From an uncultured Sphingomonas sp. (GTDB lineage: Bacteria > Pseudomonadota > Alphaproteobacteria > Sphingomonadales > Sphingomonadaceae): a DNA stretch of 64,000 nucleotides. The first letter of the stretch is position 1, and each line of letters opens with the position of its first letter. Under the pieces are notes generated by a model. It was not told the origin of the DNA and did not search any database. It saw only the letters and a list, made by a program, of their open reading frames with translations. Shown piece by piece: positions 35,137 through 45,312 of this stretch. A program made the translations under genes and the position numbers. The stretch lies in contig NZ_CADCWA010000057.1 of the NCBI RefSeq assembly GCF_902806285.1, positions 11,079-75,078 of the forward strand. The letters are read 5' to 3'.

Positions 35137-37311
35137 ATGATGATCAGGCATATGCTTCTGGCGGGCAGCGCGCTCGCCGCACTTTCGGGCTGCGCGACCA
35201 CTACCACCGGAGGACGTGAGACGATGGCCACCACCGCTGCCGAGACCGCTCCGCCGGTTGCCGCGGCTGCACCCGCCGTTCCCAACAACTTCCTCCTGGC
35301 CGAATGGACCGGTCCGTACGACGGCGTTCCGCCGTGGGACCAGGTCAAGCCCGAGCTGTTCGGGGAGGCTTTCCAGTTCGCCATCGACGAGCAGCGCCGC
35401 GAGTATCAGGCGATCGCGGGCAACCCCGAGGCTCCGACCTTCGCCAACACGATGGAGGCGATGGAGCGTGCGGGGCAGCGGCTCGGCCGGGTGCAGGCGG
35501 TGTTCGGGGTGATGACCGACAATCTGTCGACCCCGGCCTACCAGGCGCTCGACAAGGAGTGGTCGCCCAAGCTGTCGGCGGCGAGCGATGAGATCACGCT
35601 CGACCCCAAGCTGTTCGCGCGGGTCGAGACGCTGTACAACAACCGTGCCAGCCTCGGCCTCGATGCCAAGCAGACCCGGCTGCTGGAGCGCAGCTACAAT
35701 TATTTCGTGCGCAACGGCGCCAAGCTCGACCCGGCGCAGAAGGGGCAGCTGAGCGGCTACAACCAGCAGCTCGCGTCGCTCTTCTCCGAGTTCAACTCGC
35801 GCCTGCTGGCCGACGAGGGCACGTTCATCCAGGCGAGCGCGGCCGAGATGGCGGGGGTGCCGCAGGACGTGCGCGATGCCGCCGCGGCGACTGCCAAGGA
35901 GAAGGGCTTGCCCGCGGGGAGCTTCGCGATCCGCAACACCCGTTCGGCAGTCGAGCCGGTGCTGACGTTCGGCAGCAACCGCGGGCTGCGGCAAAAGGTG
36001 TGGCAGGCGTTCGCCGGCCGCGGCGACAATGGCGGTGCCAACGATACCAACCAGCTGATCTCGCAGATCGTCAAGCTGCGCGCCGACCGCGCGAAGCTCC
36101 TCGGCTTCGGCAGCCACGCCGAGTGGCGGATGCAGGACACCATGGCCAAGTCGCCGGACAAGGCGATGGAGCTGATGATGCGCGTGTGGCCGGCAGCGGT
36201 TGCGCGCGTGAAGGAAGAAGTGGCCGACCAGCAGCCGTTCGCTCGCCGGGAGGGCGTCCGCACGATCGAGCCGTGGGACTTCCGCTACTATCAGGAGAAG
36301 GTCCGCAAGGAGAAGTACGACCTCTCGGAAGACGAGATCAAGCCGTACATGCAGCTCGACAATCTGGTGCAGGGCATGTTCTGGGCGGCGGGCCAGTTGT
36401 ACGGCCTTGAGTTCAAGGAGAATACGGGCGCGGTTCCCGTCTTCCAGCCGGACGTGCGCACCTTCGAGGTGACGCGCGGCGGTCAGCCGATCGGCCTGTT
36501 CTACCTCGATAATTTCGCGCGTGAGGGCAAGCGGTCGGGCGCGTGGATGACCACCTATCGCAGCCGGGCGCGGCTGCTCGGCGACGACCTAGTGCTGGCG
36601 TCCAACAACAACAATTTCACCAAGCCGGAGGCCGGCAAGCCCGTGCTGATCAGCCTGGACGACGCGTCCACGCTGTTCCACGAGTTCGGGCACGCGCTCC
36701 ATTACCTGCAGGTGGACGTGAACTATCCGAGCCTCGGCGGTTCGCAGCGCGACTTTGTCGAGTTCCCGAGCCAGGTGAACGAGAATTGGCTGCTGACCCG
36801 GCCGGTGCTCGACCGCTTCGCCAAGCATTACCGGACTGGGCAGCCGATGCCCAAGGCGCTGGTCGACAAGATCGAGAAGTCCGAGACATTCAACCAGGGC
36901 TTCGCGACGGTGGAGTATCTGTCGTCGGCGCTGGTCGACATGAAGCTGCACACCGACCCGAACGGCGCCGTCGACCCGGACGCGTTCGAGAAGCGGACGC
37001 TGGCCGAGCTCGGCATGCCGCGGGAGATGGTGATGCGGCACCGGCTGCCGCAGTTCGGGCACCTGTTCTCGAGCGACGCCTACTCGGCGGGCTATTACTC
37101 CTACCTGTGGTCGGAGGTGATGGACGCCGATACCTGGGCGGCGTTCGAGGAGACGGGCAACCCGTTCGACAAGAAGACCGCGGATGCGTTCCGGACCTAT
37201 TTGCTGTCGACCGGCAATGAGACGGACCGGGCGGAGGCCTATCGCCAGTTCCGCGGGCGGGATCCGGATGTGACGGCGCTGCTGAAGCGGCGTGGGTTTC
37301 CGGTGAAGTGA
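35137..37311 (+). CDS. dcp: M3 family metallopeptidase (peptidyl-dipeptidase Dcp-like), lipoprotein
   Basis: LSGC lipobox, KRSGAWM, LFHEFGHALH, DFVEFPSQ, YSAGYYSYLW. Confidence 0.9.
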   Translation: MMIRHMLLAGSALAALSGCATTTTGGRETMATTAAETAPPVAAAAPAVPNNFLLAEWTGPYDGVPPWDQVKPELFGEAFQFAIDEQRREYQAIAGNPEAPTFANTMEAMERAGQRLGRVQAVFGVMTDNLSTPAYQALDKEWSPKLSAASDEITLDPKLFARVETLYNNRASLGLDAKQTRLLERSYNYFVRNGAKLDPAQKGQLSGYNQQLASLFSEFNSRLLADEGTFIQASAAEMAGVPQDVRDAAAATAKEKGLPAGSFAIRNTRSAVEPVLTFGSNRGLRQKVWQAFAGRGDNGGANDTNQLISQIVKLRADRAKLLGFGSHAEWRMQDTMAKSPDKAMELMMRVWPAAVARVKEEVADQQPFARREGVRTIEPWDFRYYQEKVRKEKYDLSEDEIKPYMQLDNLVQGMFWAAGQLYGLEFKENTGAVPVFQPDVRTFEVTRGGQPIGLFYLDNFAREGKRSGAWMTTYRSRARLLGDDLVLASNNNNFTKPEAGKPVLISLDDASTLFHEFGHALHYLQVDVNYPSLGGSQRDFVEFPSQVNENWLLTRPVLDRFAKHYRTGQPMPKALVDKIEKSETFNQGFATVEYLSSALVDMKLHTDPNGAVDPDAFEKRTLAELGMPREMVMRHRLPQFGHLFSSDAYSAGYYSYLWSEVMDADTWAAFEETGNPFDKKTADAFRTYLLSTGNETDRAEAYRQFRGRDPDVTALLKRRGFPVK

Positions 37312-37318
37312 CGAGGGC

Positions 37319-37374
37319 TGTGTCCCCGCGAAGGCGGGGACCCAGTACTGGGCTCTCGCCTTCGCGGGGACACA
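37319..37374. repeat. REP palindrome between convergent genes
   Basis: TGTGTCCCCGCGAAGGCGGGGACCCAGT-ACTGGGCTCTCGCCTTCGCGGGGACACA, near-perfect palindrome. Confidence 0.85.
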
Positions 37375-37378
37375 TCAC

Positions 37379-38446
37379 TCACAATCGCGCCTTCTCCGCC
37401 TCCCGCCACGCCAGCGCGGCCAGCGGCTCGAGCGCCTTCACCGTCTCGAGCGCGTGCGCGCTGCTGGCGCTGCCGCGGGCGAGGCGGCCCTTGATGCCGT
37501 GGATGATGGCGGCGAGGCGAAACAGGTTGAAGACGATCAGGTAGTCGAACGCAGGAATGCCCTCGCGGCCGGTGCGGCGGCAGTAGGCGGCGACATACTC
37601 TTCTTCCGAAGGGATGCCGAGCGCGGGGAGATCCAGGCCGGCGAGGCCGGTGAACAGGCCCGCGGGCATGCGGTACATCAGGCAATGATAGGTGAAGTCG
37701 CTAGCCGGGTCGCCGAGGGTCGAGAGTTCCCAGTCTAGCACGGCGCGGACCGGCGGCGCCTCTGCATCGAAGATCATGTTGTCGCAGCGGAAGTCGCCAT
37801 GAGCGATGCGGGACTCGCCACTGTCCGGCGGCAGGTGCTTGGCCAGCCAGTCGACCAGCCGGTCCATGTCGGGCACGCGCCCGCCGTCGGTGTCGGCGAG
37901 GTATTGCTTTGACCAGCGTGCGACCTGGCGCTCGACGAAGCCGCTCGCCCTGCCGTAGTCGCCGAGGCCGATCGCTGCGGGATCGTAGCCGTGCAGCTGC
38001 GCGATGGTGCCGTTCATCGCGTCGAAGTGAGCGGTGCGCGCTTCCGGCGTCAGGCCGGGGAAGTGGGCTTCCCAGATGATGCGGCCGGGCACCAGGTCCA
38101 TGGCGTAGAAGGCGGTGCCGATCACGCCCTGGTCCTCGCACAGGGCATGGACGCGGGGGACGGGAAAGCCCTGTGCGCCCAATGCGGAAAGCACGCGGTA
38201 CTCGCGGTCGACCGCGTGCGCGCCGGGCAGGGTCTTGCCGGGCGGCTTGCGGCGGAGGACATAGCTGCCGCCGGGCGTGTCGAGCTTGTACGTCGGGTTG
38301 GACTGGCCGCCGTTGAACTGGCTGACGCTCAGCGGGCCGCGGAAGCTGGGCACATGCTCTTCCATCCAGCGGGCGAGCGCGGCCTCGTCGAAGCGGAGGC
38401 GCTCGGCGACTTCGCGGGTGCCGGTGTTGGCGGTGGTACGGTCCAT
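37379..38446 (-). CDS. Aminoglycoside phosphotransferase-like (APH/ACAD10-type) kinase
   Basis: GGQSNPTY, LRRKPPG, AHAVDREY, HGDFRCDN, VLDWELSTLGDP. Confidence 0.9.
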   Translation of the reverse strand: MDRTTANTGTREVAERLRFDEAALARWMEEHVPSFRGPLSVSQFNGGQSNPTYKLDTPGGSYVLRRKPPGKTLPGAHAVDREYRVLSALGAQGFPVPRVHALCEDQGVIGTAFYAMDLVPGRIIWEAHFPGLTPEARTAHFDAMNGTIAQLHGYDPAAIGLGDYGRASGFVERQVARWSKQYLADTDGGRVPDMDRLVDWLAKHLPPDSGESRIAHGDFRCDNMIFDAEAPPVRAVLDWELSTLGDPASDFTYHCLMYRMPAGLFTGLAGLDLPALGIPSEEEYVAAYCRRTGREGIPAFDYLIVFNLFRLAAIIHGIKGRLARGSASSAHALETVKALEPLAALAWREAEKARL

Positions 38447-38508
38447 CGGCTTACCCTTTCCCAAGATGGAAGGGGAAACAAGTTCAGCATGACGCTGGTT
38501 GAGTCTTC

Positions 38509-39360
38509 ATGACGCGTATTGTCCACCTGTCCGACCTGCACTTCGGTGCGCATGATCCCCGTATTGTCCAAGCCGTCGAGGAGGAGGTGAACGCCGCCAA
38601 GCCCGACCTGGTCGTCATCAGTGGCGACTTCACCCAACGCGCCCGGACCGAGCAGTTCCAGGAGGCCTGCCAGTTCCTGGAACGGCTGCGCGACGCGGGG
38701 CATGAGGTGCTGGCGGTGCCGGGCAATCATGACGTGCCGCTGTACGACGTGCTGCGCCGCTTCCTGTCGCCGCTGACCCGCTACAAGCGGTACGTCGACG
38801 ACATGCTGTGCCCGTTTCACCAGCTGCCCGGGGCGGCGGTGCTGGGGATCAACACGGCGCGGTCGCTGACCATCAAGGAGGGGCGCATCAACCGCGAGCA
38901 GGTCGAGTTCATCGCGGAAAGCTTCAGCAGGGTGCCGGAGGGCGCGGCCAAGATCCTGGTCACGCACCACCCGCTGTTCGCGCTGCCGGTGGACGACAGC
39001 GGCGAGCTGGGCGAGGCGATCGGGCGGCAGGAGCTGGCGCTCGACGCGGTGAACCGGCTCGGCATCGACGTGCTGCTGGCCGGGCACAATCATCGCGCCT
39101 CGACGCACCATGCGCGCGACCTGGTGACCCGGGCGGGGGGAGCGCTGGTGGTGCAGGCCGGTACCGCCACCTCCGTGCGGCTGCGTGAGGAGGAGCAGAG
39201 CTTCAACATCCTCGATGTGGACACCGGGACGGTCAGCATCAGCCTGATGCGCTGGACCGGGGACAGGTACGAGTCCGCGGTGCCGACCCAGTTCCGCAAG
39301 ACGGAGGAAGGCTGGCGCCAGTCCAGCCAGGCGGAGGCGGACGCGGCGGCACCGGCCTGA
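38509..39360 (+). CDS. Metallophosphoesterase (calcineurin-like)
   Basis: HLSDLHFG, SGDFTQRA, PGNHD, HHP, AGHNH. Confidence 0.92.
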   Translation: MTRIVHLSDLHFGAHDPRIVQAVEEEVNAAKPDLVVISGDFTQRARTEQFQEACQFLERLRDAGHEVLAVPGNHDVPLYDVLRRFLSPLTRYKRYVDDMLCPFHQLPGAAVLGINTARSLTIKEGRINREQVEFIAESFSRVPEGAAKILVTHHPLFALPVDDSGELGEAIGRQELALDAVNRLGIDVLLAGHNHRASTHHARDLVTRAGGALVVQAGTATSVRLREEEQSFNILDVDTGTVSISLMRWTGDRYESAVPTQFRKTEEGWRQSSQAEADAAAPA

Positions 39361-39400
39361 GAACTTGCGGGGGACTGCCGCTGCGGCTTAACACCAACGG

Positions 39401-40249
39401 ATGCTCCCGTCCGACTTCGACCTTGCGGAGTTCGTCCGCCGCACCCTGGCGGAGGACATGGGCCAGGGCGGCGACCTTACCTCCTCGGCGACCATCGACG
39501 AGAGCGCGCGCTTCTCGGCCGAGATGAACTGCCGCGAGCCGATCGTGGCGGCGGGGCTGGAGATCGCCGCCGCCTTCTTTCGCGAACTCGATCGGGAGGT
39601 GCGGATCGAACAGCCCGTCGCGGACGGCGACCGGTTGGAGGCCGGCACCGCCCTGATGCGGCTGGCGGGTAGCGCCCGGGCGATGCTGTCGGCGGAGCGG
39701 TCGGCGCTGAACACGCTGCAGCACCTGTCCGGGATCGCGACGCTGACGCGGCGCTATGTCGACGCGATCGAAGGCACGGGCGCGGTGCTGCTGGACACGC
39801 GCAAGACGTTGCCGGGCCTGCGGGTGCTGAACAAATATGCGGCGCGGATGGGCGGGGCGCACAACCATCGCATGCGGCTGGACGACGGGGTGCTCATCAA
39901 GGACAATCATGTTGCGGTGAATGGCGCCGTGGAAGCGGCGGTGCGGCGGGCGCGAGCGGCGGCGACCGGGCTGCAGATCCAGGTGGAAGTGGACCGGCTG
40001 GAGCAGATCGAGCCGGCACTGGCGGCGGGAGCGGAGCGCTTGCTGCTCGACAACATGAGCAATGACCAGCTGCGCGAAGCGGTGCGGATGGTCGGGGGGC
40101 GCGTGCCGCTGGAGGCGTCGGGCGGAGTGATGCTGGAGACCATCCGCGGCATCGCCGAGACCGGGGTCGACTTCATCTCCGTGGGTCGGATCACCCAGTC
40201 GGCCCCCGCGGTGGACATCGGCCTGGACTTCGAGGCTCAACCTTTCTGA
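39401..40249 (+). CDS. nadC: Quinolinate phosphoribosyltransferase
   Basis: AERSALN.LQHLSGIAT, LDTRKT.PG, HRM.LDD.VLIKDNH, LLDNM, EASGG. Confidence 0.96.
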   Translation: MLPSDFDLAEFVRRTLAEDMGQGGDLTSSATIDESARFSAEMNCREPIVAAGLEIAAAFFRELDREVRIEQPVADGDRLEAGTALMRLAGSARAMLSAERSALNTLQHLSGIATLTRRYVDAIEGTGAVLLDTRKTLPGLRVLNKYAARMGGAHNHRMRLDDGVLIKDNHVAVNGAVEAAVRRARAAATGLQIQVEVDRLEQIEPALAAGAERLLLDNMSNDQLREAVRMVGGRVPLEASGGVMLETIRGIAETGVDFISVGRITQSAPAVDIGLDFEAQPF

Positions 40250-40320
40250 AGCGGGAACGGCGCGTTCAGCACGGCGACAACGCACCGGGAGCAGGGTGAA
40301 CTCCACGAAGGAGATCTGCC

Positions 40321-40737
40321 ATGATGAAGAAGGCTCTTGTCGCCCTGTCGGCCGCCGCGGCCGCGGTTGCGCTTCCCAGTGCCGCCAGCGCGCAATATTA
40401 CCCGGCGCCCGCACCTTATTACGGCGGTGGGTACAACGGCTACGGCGGCGGCGGGTACAACTCCGGCTATTATCCGCAGGGCAGCTACTACCCGCGCGGC
40501 GGCTATCACGGGAACACCTACTACGGGCGCGACTATGGTCGCCGCTGCAGCGGAACCACGGGCGCGATCGTCGGCGGCGTGGCGGGCGCGGTGATCGGCA
40601 GCAGGGTGGCGAACAGCCGCGGCGGCTACGACCGGTACGGCTACCGCCGCGGCGGGAACGGGACCACCGGTGCGCTGATCGGCGGCGCGCTTGGCGCGAT
40701 CGTCGGCAACCAGATCGGCAAGAGCAGCTGCCGCTGA
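40321..40737 (+). CDS. Glycine-zipper 2TM domain protein
   Basis: Signal peptide, Tyr/Gly-rich region, CSGTTGAIVGGVAGA..GALIGGALGAIVG. Confidence 0.85.
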   Translation: MMKKALVALSAAAAAVALPSAASAQYYPAPAPYYGGGYNGYGGGGYNSGYYPQGSYYPRGGYHGNTYYGRDYGRRCSGTTGAIVGGVAGAVIGSRVANSRGGYDRYGYRRGGNGTTGALIGGALGAIVGNQIGKSSCR

Positions 40738-40758
40738 CCTGCCCGACGCGCTGACGGG

Positions 40759-40795
40759 AGGGCCGCGGGAGCGATCCCGCGGCCCTTTCGTTTTT
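40759..40795 (+). terminator. Intrinsic terminator
   Basis: AGGGCCGCGGGA-GCGA-TCCCGCGGCCCT-TTCGTTTTT. Confidence 0.8.
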
Positions 40796-40852
40796 GTGGC
40801 GCAAGTGGCGAGAGCGCCTGTATAGCGCCGCCAAACCGGACAGGAGACAGGC

Positions 40853-42259
40853 GTGTTCAAGGGGCTTCAGCCCATTCTGTACGGCGGGCGCGAAGTGTGG
40901 CCGCTGGTGGAAGGCGGCAAGGGCGTGTCCGCCACCAATCATGCGAGCTCCGGCGCCTGGGCCGCGGCGGGCGGGATCGGTACGGTCAGCGCGGTCAACG
41001 CGGACAGCTATGATCCCGAAGGCCGGATCGTGCCGCAGGTCTATGCGGGCATGACCCGGCGCGAGCGCCATGACGAGCTGGTTCATTATGCGGTGGAAGG
41101 CGCCGTCGCGCAGGTCCGTAAGGCCTACGAAATGGCGGGCGGCAAGGGCGCCATCAACATCAACGTGCTGTGGGAGATGGGCGGCGCGCAGCGGGTGCTG
41201 CACGGCGTGCTCGAACGCACGCGCGGGCTGGTGGCGGGCGTCACCTGCGGGGCGGGCATGCCCTACAAGCTGAGCGAGATCGCGGCGTCCTACGGCGTCA
41301 CCTACCTGCCGATCATCTCGTCCGGCCGTGCGTTCCGCGCGTTGTGGAAGCGCGCCTACAGCAAGGCGGCGGAGTTCCTCAGCGCGGTGGTCTATGAGGA
41401 CCCGTGGCTGGCGGGCGGGCACAACGGCCTGTCGAACGCGGAGGATCCCCGCAAGCCGCAGGATCCATACCCGCGGGTTGCAGAACTGCGCGCCGTCATG
41501 CGCGAGGGCGGCATCCCGGACAGCGTGCCGATCGTCATGGCCGGCGGCGTGTGGCGGCTCGACGAGTGGGAGAACTGGATCGGCAATCCCGAGCTTGGGC
41601 AGATCATGTTCCAGTTCGGCACCCGGCCGCTGCTGACCCAGGAAAGCCCGATCCCGCCCGAATGGAAGGCGCGGCTGATGAACCTGGAGGAGGGCGACGT
41701 GCTGCTGCACAAGTTCAGCCCGACCGGCTTTTATTCCTCGGCGGTGCGCAATCCGTTCCTGCGCTGGCTGGAAGCGCGCAGCGAGCGGCAGATCGCCTTC
41801 ACCAAGGAGGCGATCGGCGACCATGCCCTCGAGCTGGACGTGGGCATCGGCACCAAGAAGAATTATTGGGTGACCAGGGGCGACCTGCAGCATGCGCGCG
41901 AGTGGTTCGCGCAGGGCTTCACCAACGCGATGAAGACGCCGGACGACACGCTGGTGTTCGTGACGCCCGAGGACGAGAAGATCATCCGCCGCGATCAGGC
42001 GGACTGCATGGGCTGCCTGTCGCAGTGCAGCTTTTCGAGCTGGGCGGACAATGAGAAGAACTCGACCGGACGGCTGGCCGATCCGCGGAGCTTCTGCATC
42101 CAAAAGACCCTGCAGGACATCGCGCATGGCGGGCCGGTGGACCAGAATCTGATGTTCGCGGGGCACTCGGCGTTCCGGTTCAAGAGCGATCCGTTCTACT
42201 CGAACGGCTTCGTGCCGACGACCAAGCAGCTGGTCGACCGGATTCTGACGGGGGCTTAG
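40853..42259 (+). CDS. Nitronate monooxygenase-family flavin oxidoreductase
   Basis: VEGGKGV, GAGMP, YEDPWLAGGHNGLS, QFGTR, CMGCLSQC...FCIQKTL. Confidence 0.88.
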   Translation: MFKGLQPILYGGREVWPLVEGGKGVSATNHASSGAWAAAGGIGTVSAVNADSYDPEGRIVPQVYAGMTRRERHDELVHYAVEGAVAQVRKAYEMAGGKGAININVLWEMGGAQRVLHGVLERTRGLVAGVTCGAGMPYKLSEIAASYGVTYLPIISSGRAFRALWKRAYSKAAEFLSAVVYEDPWLAGGHNGLSNAEDPRKPQDPYPRVAELRAVMREGGIPDSVPIVMAGGVWRLDEWENWIGNPELGQIMFQFGTRPLLTQESPIPPEWKARLMNLEEGDVLLHKFSPTGFYSSAVRNPFLRWLEARSERQIAFTKEAIGDHALELDVGIGTKKNYWVTRGDLQHAREWFAQGFTNAMKTPDDTLVFVTPEDEKIIRRDQADCMGCLSQCSFSSWADNEKNSTGRLADPRSFCIQKTLQDIAHGGPVDQNLMFAGHSAFRFKSDPFYSNGFVPTTKQLVDRILTGA

Positions 42260-42260
42260 C

Positions 42261-42734
42261 GTGCGACGGGGGATGGTTGCAGCGGTTCTGCTGGCGCTTG
42301 CGGCGTCGGCGCCTGCGCAGGACAAGACGCCGCCCTACTGGGCTTCCATCGCGTCGGGTGAGGCGATGATGCGGACGGGGCCGGGCAAGAACTATCCCGG
42401 CGTGTGGCTCTACAAGCGGCGCGACCTGCCGATCCGGGTGCTTCGAGTCTATCCCAACTGGCGCTTGATCGAGGACCCCGACGGGGTGCGCGGGTGGATG
42501 CTGGTCACCCTGCTGAGCGACCGCCGGACCGGCATCGTTCGCGGGGACGGGGCGCGGCCGATCCACGAGAAGGCGGAGGAGGGCAGCCGGGTCGCCTACA
42601 ACGCCGAGCCGGGCGTTGTCGGGCGGATCAGCGATTGCGAGGGAGGCTGGTGCCGGATCGGAGTCGGGCAGCGGCAGGGCTATATCCGCACCACGGACAT
42701 CTGGGGCGTGTCGGACGGCGAGACCGTCGAGTAA
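42261..42734 (+). CDS. Bacterial SH3 domain protein
   Basis: PYWASI, MRTGPG..YP..W.YKR, WRLIEDPDG.RGW, CEGGWC. Confidence 0.88.
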   Translation: MRRGMVAAVLLALAASAPAQDKTPPYWASIASGEAMMRTGPGKNYPGVWLYKRRDLPIRVLRVYPNWRLIEDPDGVRGWMLVTLLSDRRTGIVRGDGARPIHEKAEEGSRVAYNAEPGVVGRISDCEGGWCRIGVGQRQGYIRTTDIWGVSDGETVE

Positions 42735-42799
42735 GGTACAGCTCTGTGCCTTGAAGGGTAAGCGCGTCCGCCCATCTGCCCATAGGCAGGAGAATGGCG

Positions 42800-43411
42800 A
42801 TGAAGCTCTACTACGCACCCGGCGCATGTTCGATGGCGTCGCGCATCTCGCTTTACGAGATCGACCAGCCGGCCGAGTTCGTTCGTACCGATATCCGCGC
42901 CAAGCGGACGGAGGACGGGCGCGACTTCCGCGAACTCAATCCACTCGGCTATGTGCCGGCGCTGGAGCTCGACGGCGGGGAGGTGCTGACCGAGAACGGC
43001 GCGATCCTGCCGTACATCGCTTCGCTTCGGCCCGGCGCGCTCGCGCCGGAGAGCGACCGCCTGGCGGAAGCGCGGTTGCACGAGGCGCTGGGCTTCCTCG
43101 GGAGCGAGCTGCACAAGGCGTTCGGGCCGTTCTTCGGCAACCCGCAGGGCGAAGCGCGCGAGGGGGCGATGAGCAAGCTCCGGTCGCGGCTGGATTACGT
43201 CGAGCAGCACCTGGGCGATGCGCGTGAGCATTGGCTGGGCGAGGGGTTCACAGTGGCGGATGCTTACGCCTTCGTGATCCTGCGCTGGGCCGACCAGTTC
43301 GGCATCAGCTATGGCGACCGCCCGAACATCGCGCGCTACCTGGAGCGGGTCGGCCGGCGCGAGACGGTGCAGCGGGCGCTGCAGGACGAGGAATTGCTGC
43401 AGCCGGCCTGA
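42800..43411 (+). CDS. Glutathione S-transferase (beta class)
   Basis: MKLYYAPGACSMA, NPLGYVPAL, SELHK.F, FTVADAY. Confidence 0.92.
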   Translation: MKLYYAPGACSMASRISLYEIDQPAEFVRTDIRAKRTEDGRDFRELNPLGYVPALELDGGEVLTENGAILPYIASLRPGALAPESDRLAEARLHEALGFLGSELHKAFGPFFGNPQGEAREGAMSKLRSRLDYVEQHLGDAREHWLGEGFTVADAYAFVILRWADQFGISYGDRPNIARYLERVGRRETVQRALQDEELLQPA

Positions 43412-43435
43412 GCTTCCGGCGAGCCGACAGGCTGC

Positions 43436-45157
43436 CTAGCGCCGAGCGATCGATGCTGGCCGCTGCAGGACTGCGTGGGTGTCGGCCATCCCGCCGACGC
43501 GCCAGACGTTGCGGTCGGGATAATAGTCCAACAAGCGTCGGTTGGCGTGTCCCAGGTCGTGGGCCCAGATGATCTCCGCCCCGTCGATGTCCGGTTCGTT
43601 CGCGACGAGAGTCATGAAAGGCTGCTCGTCCGCGCGGTGCCGCACCAGGACGAGGTCCTTGCCCGGGGTCGCCTGAAGCTGGTCGAGGATCATGCTTCGA
43701 GGCGTTTGCGTGTGTACGGCGCAACAGGACCTGAAGAATGCCTCCGGCTCCGGCCGTGGCGCTCCCGCATAGACCGCGGCGCTCGGGATGAGCGTCATGG
43801 CAGCAGCAGCACACGGCAGCGCGCGGGACAAGAACAGCCCACTTTCCCTAGATCGGAAGCGCCACTCCCGTAGGCGACCGAGGCCTTTCATGATGAGGAC
43901 GATGAACAGGCCAAATCCTGGGGCCCAATAGTGGGACCAATCCCAAGTGTTCGCAAGAATACCAAGCGACAGCAGCAAGCCACTGGCAACAAAGACGGCA
44001 ATCCTCCTGATCAAGAACAGCCCGACAAGAAACGGGATTGCTAAGAGCGGGCCCACGTAGAACTCGAACAATCTTCGAAAGGTGCTCACGGCCTTGCCGA
44101 CAACTCCACGGAGGGAGTTGCGCGCGACGTGGGGTTCAGCCTCAGCCTGGTACCCCCTTGCCATATTCGCGGGCAGCGCTTGCGATGGCACTATCGGTTC
44201 CTGGAACAGGAATGGCGGCGCGACCGCGTGGGTTGACCGGTGAAGCGAATAGGGGTCTTCCAGCATGCTCCCCGTGCTGGCCGCGTTGGTGCTCAGCAGG
44301 ACAAGCAGGCCCGCGCTCACTGAGAGCATTGTGGGGAGGCCGATTCGGGCAGCCGTCATCGGCTCACGGCTACTCAGCCGCCGGATGAACGACAGGAACA
44401 ACACTACGCCGAAAGGGAGGGAGAACAGCATCCCTTCGAACGGCCGCGAGATCATGAGAATGAACAGGCCGGCAGCGAGTGCGACGCCATCCCGCCACTT
44501 GGGCTCTCGCATCAGGCGCGGATAGGCTCCAAGAACAAGAACCCCACCCAGCGCGCTGAAGCCGCCGCCGAAGTAGCTGTTGATCCAGCCGCTCAGGACG
44601 CCGAACTTCAGGACAACCAGGACCCCGCCGACAAGCGCCAACGGCTTGGACACCCACGCCCGCAGCATCCACGGCACGCTCATGCACAGCGCGACCATTG
44701 ATAGCCAGACGCCGGGCCACGGCGATCCAAAGAGCAGAAGGCCCAAGCCGAGTGGCGCTCCACGGCCGGGGAAATACATGGAAGCGTAACTCGGGACCTG
44801 ATTTACGTAGTAGCTCTCGAAAAACTGATGGAGCGGGTGCGTCGGCATGGACAGTCGGCCGGAGGCGAATGTTTGCCCCTGAAGCAGAATGCTGAACTCG
44901 TCCGCGATGTAGGGCACGGGCGGCCCCAGTACGGGCAGGAGGGCGGCGCGCAGCGCGACGGCCAACCCTCCCACCAGAAAGGCTCCGAGCCATGGGCGAT
45001 CGGCGAGGGCGACGATTACGCTTTCGACCTTGTTGAGGGCGCCGCTCGCCTTTGACTTCGGCCACACCAGGGCGGCGGCGAGGACCAGCAGGAGCAGCAG
45101 GAACTCGGTCAGCAGATGCCAGCGGGATTCCAGGATGTTGTACGAAGCGAGCCCCAT
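43436..45157 (-). CDS. Polytopic membrane protein, GT-C (ArnT/PMT)-like
   Basis: About 12 TM segments, DE dipeptide in the first large loop (PYIADEF), soluble C-terminal domain; atypical codon usage. Confidence 0.65.
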   Translation of the reverse strand: MGLASYNILESRWHLLTEFLLLLLVLAAALVWPKSKASGALNKVESVIVALADRPWLGAFLVGGLAVALRAALLPVLGPPVPYIADEFSILLQGQTFASGRLSMPTHPLHQFFESYYVNQVPSYASMYFPGRGAPLGLGLLLFGSPWPGVWLSMVALCMSVPWMLRAWVSKPLALVGGVLVVLKFGVLSGWINSYFGGGFSALGGVLVLGAYPRLMREPKWRDGVALAAGLFILMISRPFEGMLFSLPFGVVLFLSFIRRLSSREPMTAARIGLPTMLSVSAGLLVLLSTNAASTGSMLEDPYSLHRSTHAVAPPFLFQEPIVPSQALPANMARGYQAEAEPHVARNSLRGVVGKAVSTFRRLFEFYVGPLLAIPFLVGLFLIRRIAVFVASGLLLSLGILANTWDWSHYWAPGFGLFIVLIMKGLGRLREWRFRSRESGLFLSRALPCAAAAMTLIPSAAVYAGAPRPEPEAFFRSCCAVHTQTPRSMILDQLQATPGKDLVLVRHRADEQPFMTLVANEPDIDGAEIIWAHDLGHANRRLLDYYPDRNVWRVGGMADTHAVLQRPASIARR

Positions 45158-45312
45158 CGACCTTGACTATCGCCGCCCACCCTAGTCGGCAACAACCGGT
45201 CCATCCTGGTCCCAAACTGGCGCAGCCCACGCGGCAGAAATCATTTCCAGCCCTGAATTTGCCCGGTAGGGAGCCCCCTGGGGAACGATCGGGAAGTTGG
45301 CGGAGCCATGAT

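Noticed and set aside
39239-42325. 1028-aa minus-strand ORF
   Set aside because: Antisense shadow of nadC, the glycine-zipper gene and the flavin oxidoreductase; R/P/A-rich with no motifs, typical of high-GC genomes
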